A stretch of DNA of 64,000 nt from Lingula anatina (taxonomy: Eukaryota; Animalia; Brachiopoda): the NCBI GenBank assembly GCA_051362555.1, contig CM120640.1, positions 2,356,001 through 2,420,000 of the forward strand, given 5' to 3'. The stretch's first letter is position 1. Every line of letters begins with the position of its first letter. The position numbers were made by a program, and so were the translations under genes. This document shows, in pieces, positions 61,626-64,000 of this stretch. The notes beneath the pieces are model-generated. The model saw nothing but the letters and a program-made list of their open reading frames with translations. It ran no database searches and had not been told where the DNA came from.

Positions 61626-63812
61626 TAGGTCAAAGGTCAATTTCAAGGTCACAGTAAATTGCCAGTATATGACTTCCTATTCAACTTCAATAGTAACTAT
61701 GGACCTATCTCTGCCAGGTTTGGAGTTAAAAGAGAAAGAAATTAGAGATAAAATGGAAAAAAATTGCAAAGTTCAGTTCATGATGTAAAGTAGGTCAAAG
61801 GTCAATTTCAAGGTCACATTTAGATTGCCAGTATATGACTTCCTATTCAAGTCCAATAGTAACTACGGACCTATCTCTGCCAGTTTTGGAGATAAAAGGG
61901 AAGAAAAATTTGCAATGTTCAGTTCATGGTGAAAAGTAGGTCAAAAGTCAATTTTAAGGTCACATGTAGATTGCCAGTATATGACTTCCTATTCAAGTTC
62001 AATAGAAACTATGGACCTATCTCTGCCAGTTTTGGAGATAAAAGGGAAGCAAAATTTGCAAAGTTCAGTTCATGGTGAAAAGTAGGTCAAAGGTCAATTT
62101 TAAGGTCACATTTATATTGCCAGTATACGACTTCCTATTCAAGTTCAATAGTAACTATGGACCTATCTCTGCCAGTTTTGGAGATAAAAGGGAAGCAAAA
62201 TTTGCAAAGTTCAGTTCATGGTGAAAAGTAGGTCAAAGGTCAATTTTAAGGTCACATTTAGATTGCCAGTATATGACTTCCTATTCAAGTTCAATAGTAA
62301 CTACGGACCTATCTCTGCCAGTTTTGGAGATAAAAGGGAAGCAAAATTTGCAAAGTTCAGTTCATGGTGTAAAGTAAGTCAAAGGTCAATTTCAAGGTCA
62401 CATATAGATTGCCAGTATATGACTTCCTATTCAAGTCCAATAGTAACTACGGACCTATCTCAGCCAGTTTTGGAGATAAAAGGAAAGAAAAATTTGCAAT
62501 GTTCAGTTCATGGTGTAAAGTAGGTCAAAGGTCAATTTGAAGGTCACATATAGATTGCCAGTATATGACTTCCTATTCAAGTCCAATAGTAACTACGGAC
62601 CTATCTCAGCCAGTTTTGGAGATAAAAGGAAACCAAAATTTGCAAAGTTCAGTTCATGGTGAAAAGTAGGTCAAAGGTCAATTTCAAGGTCACAGTAAGA
62701 TTGCCAGTATATGACTTCCTATTCAAGTCCAATAGAAACTACGACCTATCTCTGCCAGTTTTGGAGATAAAAGGGAAGCAAAATTTGCAATGTTCAGTTC
62801 ATGGTGAAAAGTAGGTCAAAGGTCAATTTTAAGGTCACATTTAGATTGCCAGTATATGACTTCCTACTCAAGTTCAATAGTAACTATGGACCTATCTCTG
62901 CCAGTTTTGGAGACAAAAGGGAAGCAAAATTTGCAAAGTTCAGTTCATGGTGAAAAGTAGGTCAAAGGTCAATTTTAAGGTCACATTTATATTGCCAGTA
63001 TATGACTTCCTATTCAAGTTCAATAGTAACTATGGACCTATCTCTGCCAGTTTTGGAGATAAAAGGAAAGCAAAATTTGCAAAGTTCAGTTCATGGTGAA
63101 AAGTAGGTCAAAGGTCAATTTTAAGGTCACATTTATATTGCCAGTATATGACTTCCTATTCAACTTCAATAGTAACTATGGACCTATCTCTGCCAGGTTT
63201 GGAGTTAAAAGAGAAAGAAATTAGAGATAAAATGGAAAAAAATTGCAAAGTTCAGTTCATGGTGAAAAGTAGGTCAAAGGTCAATTTTAAGGTCACATTT
63301 AGATTGCCAGTATATGACTTCCTATTCAAGTTCAATAGTAACTATGGACCTATCTCTGCCAGTTTTGGAGATAAAAGGGAAGCAAAATTTGCAAAGTTCA
63401 GTTCATGGTGAAAAGTAGGTCAAAGGTCAATTTTAAGGTCACATTTAGATTGCCAGTATATGACTTCCTATTCAAGTTCAATAGTAACTACGGACCTATC
63501 TCAGCCAGTTTTGGAGAAAAAAGGAAAGCAAAATTTGCAAAGTTCAGTTCATGGTGAAAAGTAGGTCAAAGGTCAATTTTAAGGTCACATATAAATTGCC
63601 AGTATATGACTTCCTATTCAAGTTCAATAGTAACTATGGACCTATCTCTGCCAGTTTTGGAGATAAAAGGGAAGAAAAATTTGCAAAGTTCAGTTCATGG
63701 TGAAAAGTAGGTCAAAGGTCAATTTTAAGGTCACATATAGATTGTCAGTATATGACTTCCTATTCAACTTCAATAGTAACTATAGACCTATCTCTGCCAG
63801 TTTTGGAGATAT
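61626..63812. repeat. Satellite array, about 15 monomers of 146 bp with two 165/166-bp variants
   Basis: TA(G/A)GTCAAA starts at 61626, 61791, 61937, 62083, 62229, 62375, 62521, 62667, 62812, 62958, 63104, 63270, 63416, 63562, 63708. Core tatgacttcctattcaagttcaatagtaactatggacctatct. Confidence 0.95.
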
Positions 63813-64000
63813 AAGGGACTAAATGTTATAATTTTGGAGTTACCATAATGTGCCTTAAATTTCGTACAGAAAAAATTAATTAAAATAAAGAAAATGTCAT
63901 TTTGGTCAAAATTCTTGAAATAGGAGGTGCTCTGAAGTTTCAGAAGTTCAAATTTGATGAAATAATGTCATTTTTGAACACAAGTTGTCTGCTTTGCCAA

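Noticed and set aside
62218-63411. ORFs MVKSRSKVNFKVTFRLPVYDF...
   Set aside because: Chance frames through satellite monomers

Overview
AT-rich animal genomic DNA with spliceosomal GT-AG introns, probably a lophotrochozoan such as a mollusc (inference). Four protein-coding genes can be built by hand. (1) First coding exon of a FAM167-like gene on the minus strand, running off the left edge. (2) A complete 6-exon NME6 (nucleoside diphosphate kinase 6), minus strand, 189 aa. (3) A 2-exon GT10 alpha-1,3-fucosyltransferase, minus strand, about 473 aa. (4) A complete SCUBE gene on the plus strand (9 EGF, spacer, 3 Cys-rich repeats, CUB). There is also an orphan 121-aa ORF starting MGCNASK, flanked by RFX X-box-like motifs. 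Main observations: SCUBE has two separate signal-peptide first exons, one adding a ~210-aa domain I do not recognise, encoded by a single phase-1/1 exon; NME6 exon 4 has a fourfold tandem duplication of its 3' splice site, and every upstream copy ends in an in-frame TAG; a 146/165-bp satellite with nuclear-receptor DR1 motifs follows SCUBE; several PIF/Harbinger-type MITEs and a Helentron-like element are present. All coordinates were read by eye and no database searches were run.
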